Positions 18,415 through 29,400 of a stretch of 64,000 bases of DNA are shown in pieces (position 1 is the first letter of the stretch; each line of letters starts with the position of its first letter). The notes below the pieces were generated by a model. The model saw only the letters and a list, made by a program, of their open reading frames with translations, was not told the origin of the DNA and made no database searches. This stretch comes from Patescibacteria group bacterium (lineage in GTDB: Bacteria > Patescibacteriota > JAQUNI01): positions 143,451 to 207,450 of the forward strand of contig JAQUNI010000001.1 of the NCBI GenBank assembly GCA_028717685.1. The letters run 5' to 3'. The translations under genes were made by a program, and so were the position numbers.

Positions 18415-19896
18415 TTATTCTTTAGAAATATAAGATGGCGGCTGGTCTATAACTGCCAAAAGGTAAATAGTCAATACGATATGCGCAATCCCGAAACTAG
18501 ACATTAAAAATGGCGAGGTGCCGCCTACAATTAAGAGCGCGATTAAACCCGACAAAAAACCCAGAATGAGCGCTTTTTGCTCTTTTCCTAAATCAAATTT
18601 AAACCAGAGTAGTTTCAAGCCTTTGAAAAATATGCCTAAGATCACGAGACCCCAAAAAGCAAAACCAATAACCCCCCATTTCACGAGCATATCAAGATAT
18701 CCCAATTCAAAAGAATAAGGATCCGCCACCTCGGCCTCGGTGCGATAGACGGGGAAATAGGTTCCAAAACCCGTGCCCCAAAAAGGATGGCGCAGAATAG
18801 AGCCGCCCAAAACCCGCACTTGGGAAACGCGCTCTCCTACCGAAATAGGGTCCTTTTCCACACTTACGCTCGTAGCTAAACGATTAAAGAAAAAATTGGA
18901 AAAAGAGAGATGGAAAAGACCTTGAAAAACAATCTCGGAAATTAAAAACAGAACAATAGCGCCGACTAAAAGTTTAAACCTTTGTTTCCACGATAACCAG
19001 AATAAGAGGAATAGAAGAGCGCCGATAATACCCACCCAAAAACCCCGCGTGTAACTCGCGACAATAGCTAGATACACGAATAAAATAGAAACTAAAACGA
19101 GGTTTCTAATATTCTTGCTTAAGGATGTCGCTCGCGAACGACATCCTAAATGACCGCGAATAAGAATAAAACTGACTAAGAGCAAAAGTCCGATCTGGAT
19201 AAAGACGCCATTGCCTGTAAAAAGCCTGTAAGCTCCGTCCGGCATAATCCCGATCTTCCCGCCATAAAACATCCTAGACAATAAGACCTGTTTTAAAAAC
19301 CAAATATTGATAATACCTAAAGCGGCTAAGAAATATAATAGGGTAAAAATAAAACTCACGGCGACAATAGAAACTAAATAAACTTTGATGAGCTTTTGAC
19401 CTTCAGAATATTTAGGCAAAACGGTAAGTAAAAGAAAAAATAGGATATAAAACAAAAATCCGTTAGCGTCTTTCAGAATATACTCCAAAGGAAAACCATA
19501 AATCCAGCCCAAGAGCCCCCAAAAAATTGGAAAAAAGAAAAAGAGAACTACTAAGGGCTTCGTAAATTTACTCTCTGCTAAAGGCGCCAGACTCACTTTT
19601 TTTCTGTAAATATAGAAAAGCCAAACTAAAATCAAAATTGCAAAAAAGGCGACGCGGATTGAAATTGGTCCTTTGAAATCAAGCCATCTGCCGCCGGCAC
19701 CGCCCAAAACCAATTCCGCAATAAAGACATGCAAAGCATAATCTAATCTGCGCCAAGCCAAAACGAAAAAAACCAAAGCAGTAATAATACTCAAAGGCAA
19801 AATCAAAAATTTCCAGGCGAAGACATTAGCTAAAATTGCTAATATAAAGGCGGTACCCAGAACAAAGATGAGAATTTTATTCAAATGATGAAACAT
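18415..19896 (-). CDS. Polytopic membrane protein, O-antigen ligase/polymerase (Wzy/WaaL)-like
   Basis: 493 aa with about 12 predicted TM helices and a large periplasmic loop, located within a glycosyltransferase locus. Confidence 0.5.
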   Translation of the reverse strand: MFHHLNKILIFVLGTAFILAILANVFAWKFLILPLSIITALVFFVLAWRRLDYALHVFIAELVLGGAGGRWLDFKGPISIRVAFFAILILVWLFYIYRKKVSLAPLAESKFTKPLVVLFFFFPIFWGLLGWIYGFPLEYILKDANGFLFYILFFLLLTVLPKYSEGQKLIKVYLVSIVAVSFIFTLLYFLAALGIINIWFLKQVLLSRMFYGGKIGIMPDGAYRLFTGNGVFIQIGLLLLVSFILIRGHLGCRSRATSLSKNIRNLVLVSILFVYLAIVASYTRGFWVGIIGALLFLLFWLSWKQRFKLLVGAIVLFLISEIVFQGLFHLSFSNFFFNRLATSVSVEKDPISVGERVSQVRVLGGSILRHPFWGTGFGTYFPVYRTEAEVADPYSFELGYLDMLVKWGVIGFAFWGLVILGIFFKGLKLLWFKFDLGKEQKALILGFLSGLIALLIVGGTSPFLMSSFGIAHIVLTIYLLAVIDQPPSYISKE

Positions 19897-19899
19897 AGA

Positions 19900-20028
19900 A
19901 AAATTTTCAATTTTCAGTTTCTAATTTCTATTAAATTTTTAATGAAATAATTTTTAAACAATAAAAAACTACAGCTTAGGAATTAAAAATTAGAAATTTA
20001 ATAAAAATTAATAATTGATCATTGAAAA
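19900..20028. repeat. Family A inverted-repeat element, copy 4
   Basis: The left arm is attttcaattttcagtttctaatttctattaaattttt. The right arm is aattaaaaattagaaatttaataaaaatt. Confidence 0.55.
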
Positions 20029-21360
20029 TTAATCTAAAATCTCTACCAACTTCTTGGTCAAACTTTTGCGTTCAAACTTTATCAACTCACCGTCCGTTAA
20101 TTCATACCTTAATATTCCTCCCCTCTGCCATTCGGAAAACAATTCCCAAAGTTTCTTTTTAATCCCCGCGATGTCCTGCGGTTCTATAATCTCGCCCACT
20201 CCCAGTTGAGTCAAAAAATCACGACAAGCTCCTTGCGGGATAAGAGCTAAAATGGGTTTGCGGGCGCGAAGATGCTCAAAAACCTTGCCGTGGATGTATG
20301 ATGAACGACCGCGCATTGGTCTGTCCACAAGCAAAAGAACATCTGAAATCAAACGATATTGGACAGCCTCTATATGCGGCTTTAAACCCAAAACCTTTAC
20401 CCGCGTACCCAAGCCCGTCCTATGAGCCATCTTTTTCTCTTCCAAAGTTAAATTCCCCAAGAAAAAAACTTGCGTTTTGGCTTTCATCTCGGGGTGTTCT
20501 AAAAAAAGTTCTTTTAATGCCTGCAGAAAATAACGTGGCGTGTTTCCAGGATGCGAATAATAAAAAGCCCCCGTGTGAGAAATAATAAAGTATTTCTCCA
20601 ACCTTTTGAACTTATCCAAATCTCTTTCCGCCAAGATAAAATCCTGCTCGTCATAACCATTGAAAAGGAGTGTGATTTTATCCCTATACTTCTTAAAATA
20701 CTCCCCGACATCTGGCGACGTCACTAAAATTTGATCACAATTCTTGACCACCGCGGTTTCCAAAATTTTTTCTAAGAAAAGGCGAGCAGGGGAGTGGGTT
20801 AAGACTGGTTCCAAGGAATCCAGACACCACCCGTCGCGGAAATCAGCGATCCACTTTACATAAGTGCATCTTTTTAAAAATAAACCGAGCAGGTGAGAGG
20901 TAGCGGGCGGAAAAGAGGACACTACATACTCTACCCTATATTTTTTAATAATCCAAAGGGCGTAAAAAAAAGCAAAAACTAACCAAGTAATCTTGGAATC
21001 CGGGAATAAAAACCAAGTTTTGATGAATTGTTTAATCCTGGCTTGCCAAAAATTGTTCTTAATTTCCGAATAGCCAGCAATATTTTGATTACTTCCTCCC
21101 CCTTCTTTGACTACTAAATTACGCAATTCCCCTGCCCGATACACCAAGGCCTCTTTATCCTCGCGACGTTTTTTCCTGTCCAATCTCTTTGCTAAAGTAA
21201 AGCTCTTCATCCGATCGTAGCGCCGCGAGAAATAAGAAGTAGTTAAAACAATCGGGCACACACCAAAATCCGGCAAATACTTTACGAATTTTTCAATTCT
21301 CTGCGTGCCGGCGTTATTGACTGGAGGATAGTAGTAGGCGAGAAATAAAATATTTTTCAT
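20029..21360 (-). CDS. Glycosyltransferase (GT4/GT-B-like)
   Basis: 443 aa. Starts MKNILFLAYYYPPVNNAGTQRIEKFVKYL, with a C-terminal GT-B half. Confidence 0.7.
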   Translation of the reverse strand: MKNILFLAYYYPPVNNAGTQRIEKFVKYLPDFGVCPIVLTTSYFSRRYDRMKSFTLAKRLDRKKRREDKEALVYRAGELRNLVVKEGGGSNQNIAGYSEIKNNFWQARIKQFIKTWFLFPDSKITWLVFAFFYALWIIKKYRVEYVVSSFPPATSHLLGLFLKRCTYVKWIADFRDGWCLDSLEPVLTHSPARLFLEKILETAVVKNCDQILVTSPDVGEYFKKYRDKITLLFNGYDEQDFILAERDLDKFKRLEKYFIISHTGAFYYSHPGNTPRYFLQALKELFLEHPEMKAKTQVFFLGNLTLEEKKMAHRTGLGTRVKVLGLKPHIEAVQYRLISDVLLLVDRPMRGRSSYIHGKVFEHLRARKPILALIPQGACRDFLTQLGVGEIIEPQDIAGIKKKLWELFSEWQRGGILRYELTDGELIKFERKSLTKKLVEILD

Positions 21361-21361
21361 A

Positions 21362-21517
21362 AGGTGTAAAAATAATTTCCAATTTTCAATTACTAATTTC
21401 TATTAAATTTTCAATTACTTAATTTTTAAACTATTTGCCCCGTTTGGAAATTTTTCATTTCTAACGGCGTTTGAAAATTGATTCATTAAAAATTTAATGA
21501 AAATTAAAAATTAGAAA
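21362..21517. repeat. Family A inverted-repeat element, copy 5, with a family B palindromic core
   Basis: The left arm is aatttccaattttcaattactaatttctattaaatttt. The right arm is aaaaatttaatgaaaattaaaaattagaaattaaaaatt. The core is ccccgtttggaaatttttcatttctaacggcg. Confidence 0.6.
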
Positions 21518-22675
21518 TTAAAAATTTTCACTAATACTTACTGAACTTCTTATAAAATCTTTTGTTATCTTCTCCCAATTAAACTCCGCTTTCACCCTCC
21601 GACGCCCTGCTTCTCCCATCTTCTTCCTTAAATTCTCGTCTTCCAAAAGCTGAATCACCTTGAAAGCTAAATCCTTAGGGTTTTCTGGGTCAACCAAAAA
21701 TCCTGTTTCGCCATCAATAATGGCTTCAGGTATGCCGCCTGATCTGCCGCCAATTACGGGACAACCGCAGGCATTCGCCTCCAAAAAAACCATCCCAAAA
21801 CCTTCCACGTCCTCGCGAATCTGCCTAGAAGGCATCAAAAAAATATCTGCTAAATTGTAAAGGCGGGGTAAATCCGCATCCCGCACAAAACCAATAAACT
21901 CCACCGCTTCTTGAATTCTAGGATCGGAACTTTTTTCTACCATTGCACGCAACCTTGCTTCATCCGGCCCCTTGCCTCCTATAAGATAAATGGTGTTGGG
22001 GAATTTTTCCAAAATCGCGGGCAAAGCGCGAATCACCAAATCAAAACCCTTGCGGCTGACGAGCCGCGAAACCGAAAGAAGAATTTTTTTTTCGGGAGGA
22101 ATATGATATTTTTTCTTCACCTCTGCCGTTGCCAAACCAGACCGGAAACAGCTACCGTCCACTCCCGGATAAATCACGCTAATCTTTTCCGCTGGCAAAC
22201 CCAAAAGTGACATTTCTTCTTTGGTAAAATTGCTGTTCGCGATCCCGCCGGCAGCCTCTTTGTAAATTATCTTCACTAAATAACGCAAAAAACGCGATTT
22301 CCGCATCGCTAAAATATCCAAACCATAAGCCCAGACAAAATAGGGAAGACCCAAAAGCTTTTTTAAAACCCACGCCGCAAGGTAGGAAGCAAAACCATGG
22401 GCGGCTTGCACAAATTCCACTTTCTCTTTTAAGGCAATCCAAAGGCTAAAAAAGGGGGAAACAAGCCATTTTGGTTTGGAAAAACGCGTCTCTAATCCTC
22501 TTCTATAAATCGGATAATTCTGCCATCGGTCAAAATCCCGGCCGAATTCTCTCCTTTTATTCGTTAAGACCACCACTTTCCCTTTTGGCAATCTTTTAAT
22601 GATATTATGCAAACACAACTCAATACCCCCCGTAGCCGGACAAAAAATGGTCGTGATGAATAAATTTTTCCGCAT
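21518..22675 (-). CDS. Family 4 (group 1) glycosyltransferase
   Basis: 385 aa. Contains EGFGMVFLEANACGCPVIGGRSGGIPEAI, a canonical GT4 EX7E region. Confidence 0.85.
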   Translation of the reverse strand: MRKNLFITTIFCPATGGIELCLHNIIKRLPKGKVVVLTNKRREFGRDFDRWQNYPIYRRGLETRFSKPKWLVSPFFSLWIALKEKVEFVQAAHGFASYLAAWVLKKLLGLPYFVWAYGLDILAMRKSRFLRYLVKIIYKEAAGGIANSNFTKEEMSLLGLPAEKISVIYPGVDGSCFRSGLATAEVKKKYHIPPEKKILLSVSRLVSRKGFDLVIRALPAILEKFPNTIYLIGGKGPDEARLRAMVEKSSDPRIQEAVEFIGFVRDADLPRLYNLADIFLMPSRQIREDVEGFGMVFLEANACGCPVIGGRSGGIPEAIIDGETGFLVDPENPKDLAFKVIQLLEDENLRKKMGEAGRRRVKAEFNWEKITKDFIRSSVSISENF

Positions 22676-22847
22676 AAAAAAATGGCTTCAAGATTAACGA
22701 GATAAAAAATCCATTTTTGAAAATATCTATATTTTTGCCTAATAATACAATAAATACAAAAAAATTGCAATCTATTTGACCTATTATTGCAATTAGAGAA
22801 ATGCTTCAAAAAAAATTGATCAGCAATAGGGGACTAGTTCCTCTCCC

Positions 22848-23549
22848 CTACGCCTTGCTAATTTTAATTTTTGCAAAAGTCCTTTCTTGCTCCGCAATCA
22901 CCTCTTGACGGCGCAAAAGCTCTAAAAGCGCCAAAAAACTCACAATCTGCCCTAACCTATCCCCCGTCTTGTTCAGGCTTCCCAGGGTCACTTTCATTCG
23001 GCTCTCCAAGCACATTTTAATAAAATCAATTTTTTCCCGAACGGAAATACTTTTTCTTAAAGTTCCCTCCTCTAACTTCTCCTCTTCCTCTAAAAAATGC
23101 TCGATCATATTAGCATAAATATTGGCTAAGCGGCTGGCTGAAAATTTTAATGGCGGGGAAAAACAAACCTTACGCGAAAACCAAACATTACGGATTAGGC
23201 TGTACTCTCCCCTACTCTCTAATTTTTTGAGCTCCCCTGCTAAAAATTTGTATTTTTGATAAATATTAAGCCTCTGTTTCAATTCCTCAATATCTTCCTC
23301 TTCTTCGTTCGTCAATTCCAAATCAGGCAGAATTTCTTTGGATTTTAATAAAAGCAATCTCGCCGCTACGACTAAAAACTCCGAGAGTTGCTCGGGATTC
23401 ACTTTGCGATTCTCAATGTAGGCTAAATATTGATCCGCTATCTTGGCTAAAGAAATGTCTGTAATCTTCAGCCTTTCATCTTCAATCAACTGCAGCAGCA
23501 AATCTAGCGGACCTTGAAATTTCTCCAGCTGAAAATGGTATGGGCGCAT
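22848..23549 (-). CDS. scpA: Segregation and condensation protein A
   Basis: 233 aa. Starts MRPYHFQLEKFQGPLDLLLQLIEDERLKITDISLAKIADQYL, the ScpA N-terminus. Confidence 0.85.
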   Translation of the reverse strand: MRPYHFQLEKFQGPLDLLLQLIEDERLKITDISLAKIADQYLAYIENRKVNPEQLSEFLVVAARLLLLKSKEILPDLELTNEEEEDIEELKQRLNIYQKYKFLAGELKKLESRGEYSLIRNVWFSRKVCFSPPLKFSASRLANIYANMIEHFLEEEEKLEEGTLRKSISVREKIDFIKMCLESRMKVTLGSLNKTGDRLGQIVSFLALLELLRRQEVIAEQERTFAKIKISKA

Positions 23550-23585
23550 TGATATTTATCCCCCACCAATTGGTATAGATAGAGG

Positions 23586-24077
23586 TTATCTTGCTTTTGA
23601 AAACAAACCCTCAACTGGCTTTTCAATCTTGCGGTAAACCGAAGCGGTAATTTTGATTGCTTCTTCAAAACTACCAGCGTTTAAAATAATCTTTTTATTT
23701 TTAAGCAATAATTTATCAATGTAGGTTTTCTGTTTATAAAGCGAACCGAAGGGAACAAGGGTACCGGCTTTTTTGGTGATCTTCATTTTAATCTGCGCCT
23801 CACTGGCAATTTTCAGCTTCTGGCAAGCCCGCTCGCCCATTTTCTTCCGCTCGGCATTAATAAGTTTTTTGAGCCTCATAATATCCAAACGACGGTTTCC
23901 TGGCACTACCGCGAATATAAATTCCGTATCTGCCCGTACCAGTAAAGTTTTGGCAATCTCTTTTAAATCCGCGCGCAAGGTTTGGGCAAGGTCAAATGTC
24001 GTATAAACGGTTTTATGCGGCATTAACTTATAAACCGCCTTTGATTTTTTTAGAAAATTTTCTAGACGTTTGAGCAT
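23586..24077 (-). CDS. Hypothetical protein, possibly a YbaK/ProX-type aminoacyl-tRNA deacylase fold
   Basis: 163 aa. The assignment rests on weak overall similarity from memory only. Confidence 0.35.
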   Translation of the reverse strand: MLKRLENFLKKSKAVYKLMPHKTVYTTFDLAQTLRADLKEIAKTLLVRADTEFIFAVVPGNRRLDIMRLKKLINAERKKMGERACQKLKIASEAQIKMKITKKAGTLVPFGSLYKQKTYIDKLLLKNKKIILNAGSFEEAIKITASVYRKIEKPVEGLFSKAR

Positions 24078-24084
24078 AGATGTA

Positions 24085-24245
24085 TGATTAAAATTATTCT
24101 AATTGACCTAATTATTCTAATTATTCTAAAAAATGACCAATGTCCAAGCACCAATGAATCAATTAATAACAGAATTAGGTAATTGGGATTTAGTTATTAG
24201 GATTTATTTAGGTTAATTAGAACAATTAGAATAATTAGAATAATT
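24085..24245. repeat. Family E nonamer array element (AGAATAATT / AGGTTAATT units in inverted arms)
   Basis: aattattctaattgacctaattattctaattattctaa ... ttaggttaattagaacaattagaataattagaataatt. A second copy is at 40455-40590. Confidence 0.6.
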
Positions 24246-24246
24246 T

Positions 24247-25644
24247 TTATTTCACAATCTTTAAATGTAATTCCCTCAGTTGTTTAGTGTCCACTTCATT
24301 CGGCGCGTCCATCACTGCCGTTGTCCCCTTTCCTGTGGTAGGAAACGGAATCATCTCCCGAATGTTTTTTTCAGCCATTAACACCATTAAAAGCCGATCC
24401 AGCCCAGCGGCAATCCCCCCGTGCGGCGGGACGCCATATTCAAAAGATTGCAACAGATGCCCAAACCTTTCCTCAATATCCCCGCTCTTGTAGCCTAAAA
24501 GTTCAAAAACGCGCTTCAAAATTTTGGGGTCAGTAGTGCGGATTGATCCTCCAAAAACCTCATTGCCGTTTAAAGCTAAATCATATTGCAACGCCCTAAT
24601 CCGAGCCAAATCTTTCCCCTCTTTTAATAGGTCTAAATCCGCGGTGTGAATAGCGGTAAAAGGGTGATGTTGCGGTCCCCAAGCTTTTTCCTCTTTGTGA
24701 TATTCAAACATCGGGAAGTCGTAAATCCAAGCAAAAGCCATTTTGCCGCTCTCGGGATCGCGCCGCAAATCCGGCTTGTCAGATTTATATTTCTTCATTG
24801 CCTCTTGGTAAGGAATGCGCGGAAAAGGAATTTCCTGGATTTCCTTTTTAAGAACACCCTCTGTGAAGCCAATCATTAATTCTTCAGTCAAATTCAAAAT
24901 ATCTTCTTGGTCGCAAAAAGACATCTCAATATCTAATTGCGTAAATTCCAGCAAACGATCCGCCCTTAAATCTTCATCCCTAAAACAGCGCGGAAATTGA
25001 AAATATTTTTCCACGCCTGCAACCATCAAAAGCTGCTTGTATTGCTGGGGGGACTGGGGAAGAGCGTAAAATTTCCCAGGGTGCAAACGGCTTGGCACTA
25101 AAAAATCCCGCGCGCCTTCCGGCGTAGATTTGGTCAGAATCGGAGTTTCAATCTCCAAAAATCCCTTTTTCTTTAAAAAGGCGCGGATATAATCTACGGC
25201 TTTTGCCCGCTTTTTAAGAATCTTTAGCACCCTCTCTCTGCGCATATCCAGATAACGATATTTCAGCCGCAAATCCTCTTTCACCTCTCTGCCATCATCT
25301 GTCACCTCAAAAGGCAGGGTCCGGCTTGCGGACAGAATATGAATCGCGCTCGCTTCTACTTCAATCTCGCCCGTTTTTAAATTCGGATTAACTAACTTTT
25401 CCGGCCGCCTGTTCACCTTGCCCTTTACCTGCAATACAAACTCCGGCCGCGCGCCTTCCGCAATTTTGTGCGCCTCTCTTGATACCTCCGGATTCACAAC
25501 TACCTGCACCAATCCTTCTTTATCGCGCAAATCTAAAAAAATTAATTTTCCGTGGTCTCGCCGAGCGTGCACAAAGCCAGCTAAAGTTACTTCTTTGCCT
25601 TCCTCTTTTTTAGACAATAATCCGCAATAATGATCTTTAAGCAT
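24247..25644 (-). CDS. aspS: Aspartyl-tRNA synthetase, short form lacking the bacterial GAD insertion (likely non-discriminating)
   Basis: Has an OB-fold N-terminus and class II motifs, with FTQLDIEMSF diagnostic of AspRS. The ORF extends to 25767, but MLKDHYCG at 25644 is preceded by ggtataatcatt and a purine-rich stretch. Confidence 0.85.
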   Translation of the reverse strand: MLKDHYCGLLSKKEEGKEVTLAGFVHARRDHGKLIFLDLRDKEGLVQVVVNPEVSREAHKIAEGARPEFVLQVKGKVNRRPEKLVNPNLKTGEIEVEASAIHILSASRTLPFEVTDDGREVKEDLRLKYRYLDMRRERVLKILKKRAKAVDYIRAFLKKKGFLEIETPILTKSTPEGARDFLVPSRLHPGKFYALPQSPQQYKQLLMVAGVEKYFQFPRCFRDEDLRADRLLEFTQLDIEMSFCDQEDILNLTEELMIGFTEGVLKKEIQEIPFPRIPYQEAMKKYKSDKPDLRRDPESGKMAFAWIYDFPMFEYHKEEKAWGPQHHPFTAIHTADLDLLKEGKDLARIRALQYDLALNGNEVFGGSIRTTDPKILKRVFELLGYKSGDIEERFGHLLQSFEYGVPPHGGIAAGLDRLLMVLMAEKNIREMIPFPTTGKGTTAVMDAPNEVDTKQLRELHLKIVK

Positions 25645-25763
25645 AATGATTATACCCCTCTCCTTGCCAAGGGGAGATTTAGGAGGGGTCTTTATCATTT
25701 TTATTTTACCATAAAAAAAAATCTTTGAAAATAAAAAAGAGGCAATGCAAATTGCCTCAAGTT

Positions 25764-26048
25764 TCAAGAAAATAAATCCTCAATCTTCTTTTTCACTTCA
25801 TCAATATTACCCATGCAATAGAAGCAGGATTTAAAGAGTGATTCATGTTTTTCAAAATCTGAATTTGTCTTCAATTTTTCTATAACATTATCCTTATCGG
25901 AATAAATTCGACAGAAAGCGCCGTCTGAATTACCCCATTGGAAAAGAACCATGTCATTATCTCTAAGATTTATAGCAACTTCTACCAACTGGTTGACAAC
26001 TAAAATTTTTACAGCCATTTTAATCTCCTTTATGATAAATATCTCCAA
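25764..26048 (-). CDS. Hypothetical protein (94 aa)
   Basis: ORF only. It overlaps the aspS N-terminal extension by 4 nt if the long start is used. Confidence 0.35.
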   Translation of the reverse strand: MEIFIIKEIKMAVKILVVNQLVEVAINLRDNDMVLFQWGNSDGAFCRIYSDKDNVIEKLKTNSDFEKHESLFKSCFYCMGNIDEVKKKIEDLFS

Positions 26049-26307
26049 TAACCCAGCTTCTAGTTAGACTAACGAAGATGCCTTTTGTATCATTATAGAT
26101 AAAAAATCATACTACAAAATAAAGGACAATAAACAATCCTAACAATAATTCGTAATTTTGTCAAATAAAAAATCACTACAAGATTGACTGCAAGGTTTAA
26201 TAAAGCAGGGATAATAATTATGGATCCAATAGGAGGAAATAGGCTAATCTACGAAGGGACTATATAAAAAGCAAATCTCACATTAAAATTAATGTGAGTT
26301 TTTTATC

Positions 26308-26347
26308 TTTAAAAAACTAACCCTTAAGGGCGAGGGTTAGTCTTCCA
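26308..26347 (-). terminator. Terminator hairpin downstream of the giant gene (32-bp direct repeat, copy 1)
   Basis: The minus strand reads ctaaccctcgcccttaagggttag followed by TTTTTT. The 32 bp at 26316-26347 are identical to 30582-30613. Confidence 0.6.
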
Positions 26348-26464
26348 TGCGCACTTTAAGGCGGATTTTAATTAGCGGATTTGTTGTTTTAATTAAGGAT
26401 AGACCAGTATTTTCGGACTCTAATAACTGCCAATCTGCCAGAAGAAGGTGGCATCTTAATATCT

Positions 26465-29400
26465 TTAATCTTCGCCTTTCTTTTCTCCCCCTTCTTTGAT
26501 TATCCACCAATTAAATTCCGTATCTTCTGACACTTCTTCCAGAGCAGAAACGGTAAAACTTTTCTCGCCCACTTCAGACAAATAAATAAATGTGGAAGAT
26601 AGTGGGGTTATACCAATAAATGAATCTTTGGTTACTTCCTCATTCTCAAAAACTGCGTCTTTTTTTCCTGCTTCAATAACACCTGTGCCTGTGATTATAT
26701 TGGTTATCTTACCTACAACCTCTAAATCACCTTTCACCACCACTTTCGGTTCGGGCACAGTGTCATTTGCTTCCCCGGGATTCAATTCCAGAATGCCAGT
26801 TTCCGAGAGAATCCTGCCCGAAACAAGCTTTAGCTCCCCTTTCACCTTTACATTCCCGTCCTTATCTACCGCGAAGTTCTCGCTATTAATCTCTAAGCCT
26901 GTGGCAGCATCCAGAACAAGGTATTTGTTGGGGTCGCCGATTATTACTTTGTCCTCCACAATCTTTACAATCTGCTGTAAATTCTGTGTTTCTTCTTCTA
27001 GTTCTTGAATCCTGGCGGTATTCGCTTGGTTGGATTCCATTACTGTTAAAATAGAGGCGCTTAAAGTGTTTAATTGATTGGAGACATTCTCCAGATTGCT
27101 CAAACTGTCTACTAGGGTTTGGAGGGTGCTTTGCAGTGATTCTAGATCAACTTGCTCGGAAGAAGCCCCCTCTACCATTTGTGCTGGCGCTGTGTCAGCA
27201 TCATTTTCCGTAATTTGTGATTCGTAATTCGTAATTCGGGTCTCCAGATCCTGAATCCTTGATTCTTGATCTTTGATTCTTGATTCTAAAGACAGAATTC
27301 CTGATTCCTGATTCCCTATCCCTAATTCCAAGCCAGTGAGACGCGAGGTCGTGTCGCCCGCGGAAATACCAAGTTCATTCTGCACTAATTGCATATTATC
27401 ATCTATGACCGATAGCTTTTGCTGCTGCTCCTTGAGCACCTCATTCTGATAAAGGGAGATCCGTTCATATTTGATTGCGTCAGGTCTGCCTTGCTCGTCA
27501 TATATTACAAGGTTAGAAAGGCCTAAAGCGTCAAATTCTTCGGCAATAAAGCCGACATCCCTCTTTCCTGTTGCTTTATCAATAAAGGAGGTAGGTCTTG
27601 CTTCTAGAATCTTGGTAAAGTCATCTTGCAGGGTCTGCACATCATCTTTGTATCGCAAAGAGGAAGTAGAACGGTAGACACTGCCCGTGGTCGTATCAAT
27701 AAACATATTGGCGGCGGAAGCGGAAGTGTCTATATTTGCAATGACAAACTTGGTGCCAGGGGCGCTCGTGCCGATACCGATCGCGCCCGTGGAGGTAATC
27801 ACGAAGGCGGGCGTTGCCCCACCTAAAGTAGCAGCAGTTTCAATCTTGAATTTATCGCTATCGCTGTCATCAACTCCCACGGAGAATTTAGTAGAATCAG
27901 CAATTTTAAAGTCTAAAATAGGATCACCAGAAGCTTTATTTAAAGAAAGAAGATTGTCTGGCGTGCTCGTCCCGATGCCGACGTTTCCGCTCATTATGGA
28001 CATCCCGCCTTGATAGATATGATTAGTTGACACAACATTCATTTCAGATTTGCCAGAGGTCATTACTTGGTGTGTGCCACCACTCCAATTCCAAGACACG
28101 GCGACAAACAAACCATTGCCATAGGTTACTGACATCCACCAATTTGATTCGGGCGCGGTTCTAGTTGTCCAGGTGATGCCATCGGGTGAAGTCATTACTC
28201 GGTTAGTGTCAGTTAGACCAACGGCGACAAACAAACCATTGCCATAGGTTACTGAATTCCAAGAATCTGCTACTGCGGTTCTAGCTGTCCAGGTGATACC
28301 ATCAGGCGAAGTCATTACTCGGTGTGTGCCACTGTGACCAACTGCCACAAACAAACCATTGCCATAAGTTACTGCATACCACGTATTTGCTTCGGCTGCG
28401 GTTCTAGCTGTCCAGGTAATGCCATCGGGCGAAGTCATTACCCGGTTGGTGCCATTATAAGCGACGGCGACAAACAAACCATTGCCATAGGTTACTGAAT
28501 ACCACGAATTTGCTTCGGGCGCGGTTCGGGCTGTCCAAGTGATGCCGTCAGGCGAAGTCATTACTCGGTGTGTGCCGCTGTAAGCAACTGCGACAAACAA
28601 GCCATTGCCATAAGTTACTCCTTCCCATTTATTTGCTTCGGCCGCGGTTCGGGCTGTCCAAGTGATGCCATCAGGAGAAGTCATTACTCGGTGTGTGCCA
28701 GTTTCAGCGACTGCCACGAATAAACCATTGCCATAAGTGACCCAATTCCACCCATTTGCTTCGGCTGCAGTTCGGGCTGTCCAGGTGATGCCATCGGGCG
28801 AAGTCATTACTCGGTTGGTGCCATTATAAGAGACGGCGACAAACAAGCCATTGCCATAAGCTACCCCATTCCACGTATTTGCTTCGGTCGCGGTTCGGGC
28901 TATCCAGGAAGTTCCTTTGGATATGATGTTGCCAACAACTTCTAACTTCTCGCCTGGTGTTGTCGTCCCCACCCCAAGCCTGTTATTCGTGTCATCCCAG
29001 TAAAAATTAGCGTTATCTTGAGCCAGCGCGCCTGCGGCATCAGTGAAAACCACCGAGCCTTGGGTAAAACCAGGGGTAATGGTGCCGATAACATTGCCAT
29101 AGATTGTGCCGTCAACCTCTAAAACATCCTCTACATAGAGGTCTCCGTCTCCTGTGGCATAATTCACTGTTCCGCCATTGCCAATAAAGACGTTGCGGTT
29201 AAACCAAGCGTCTTGATGGACGCGCAGAGTGCCTGCTGTTTCCACATCCCCTGTTTTGCCGTTAACAATAAATTTGTCATCGTCTATGTAGATTCCGCCA
29301 TTTGCCTCTAGAATGCCGGTGAGCTTGGTCTGACCATCTACGGTAAGATTATTGTAAAGATGGGCATCTTTAATCACAATCAGTTCTTGACCGACTTTTA

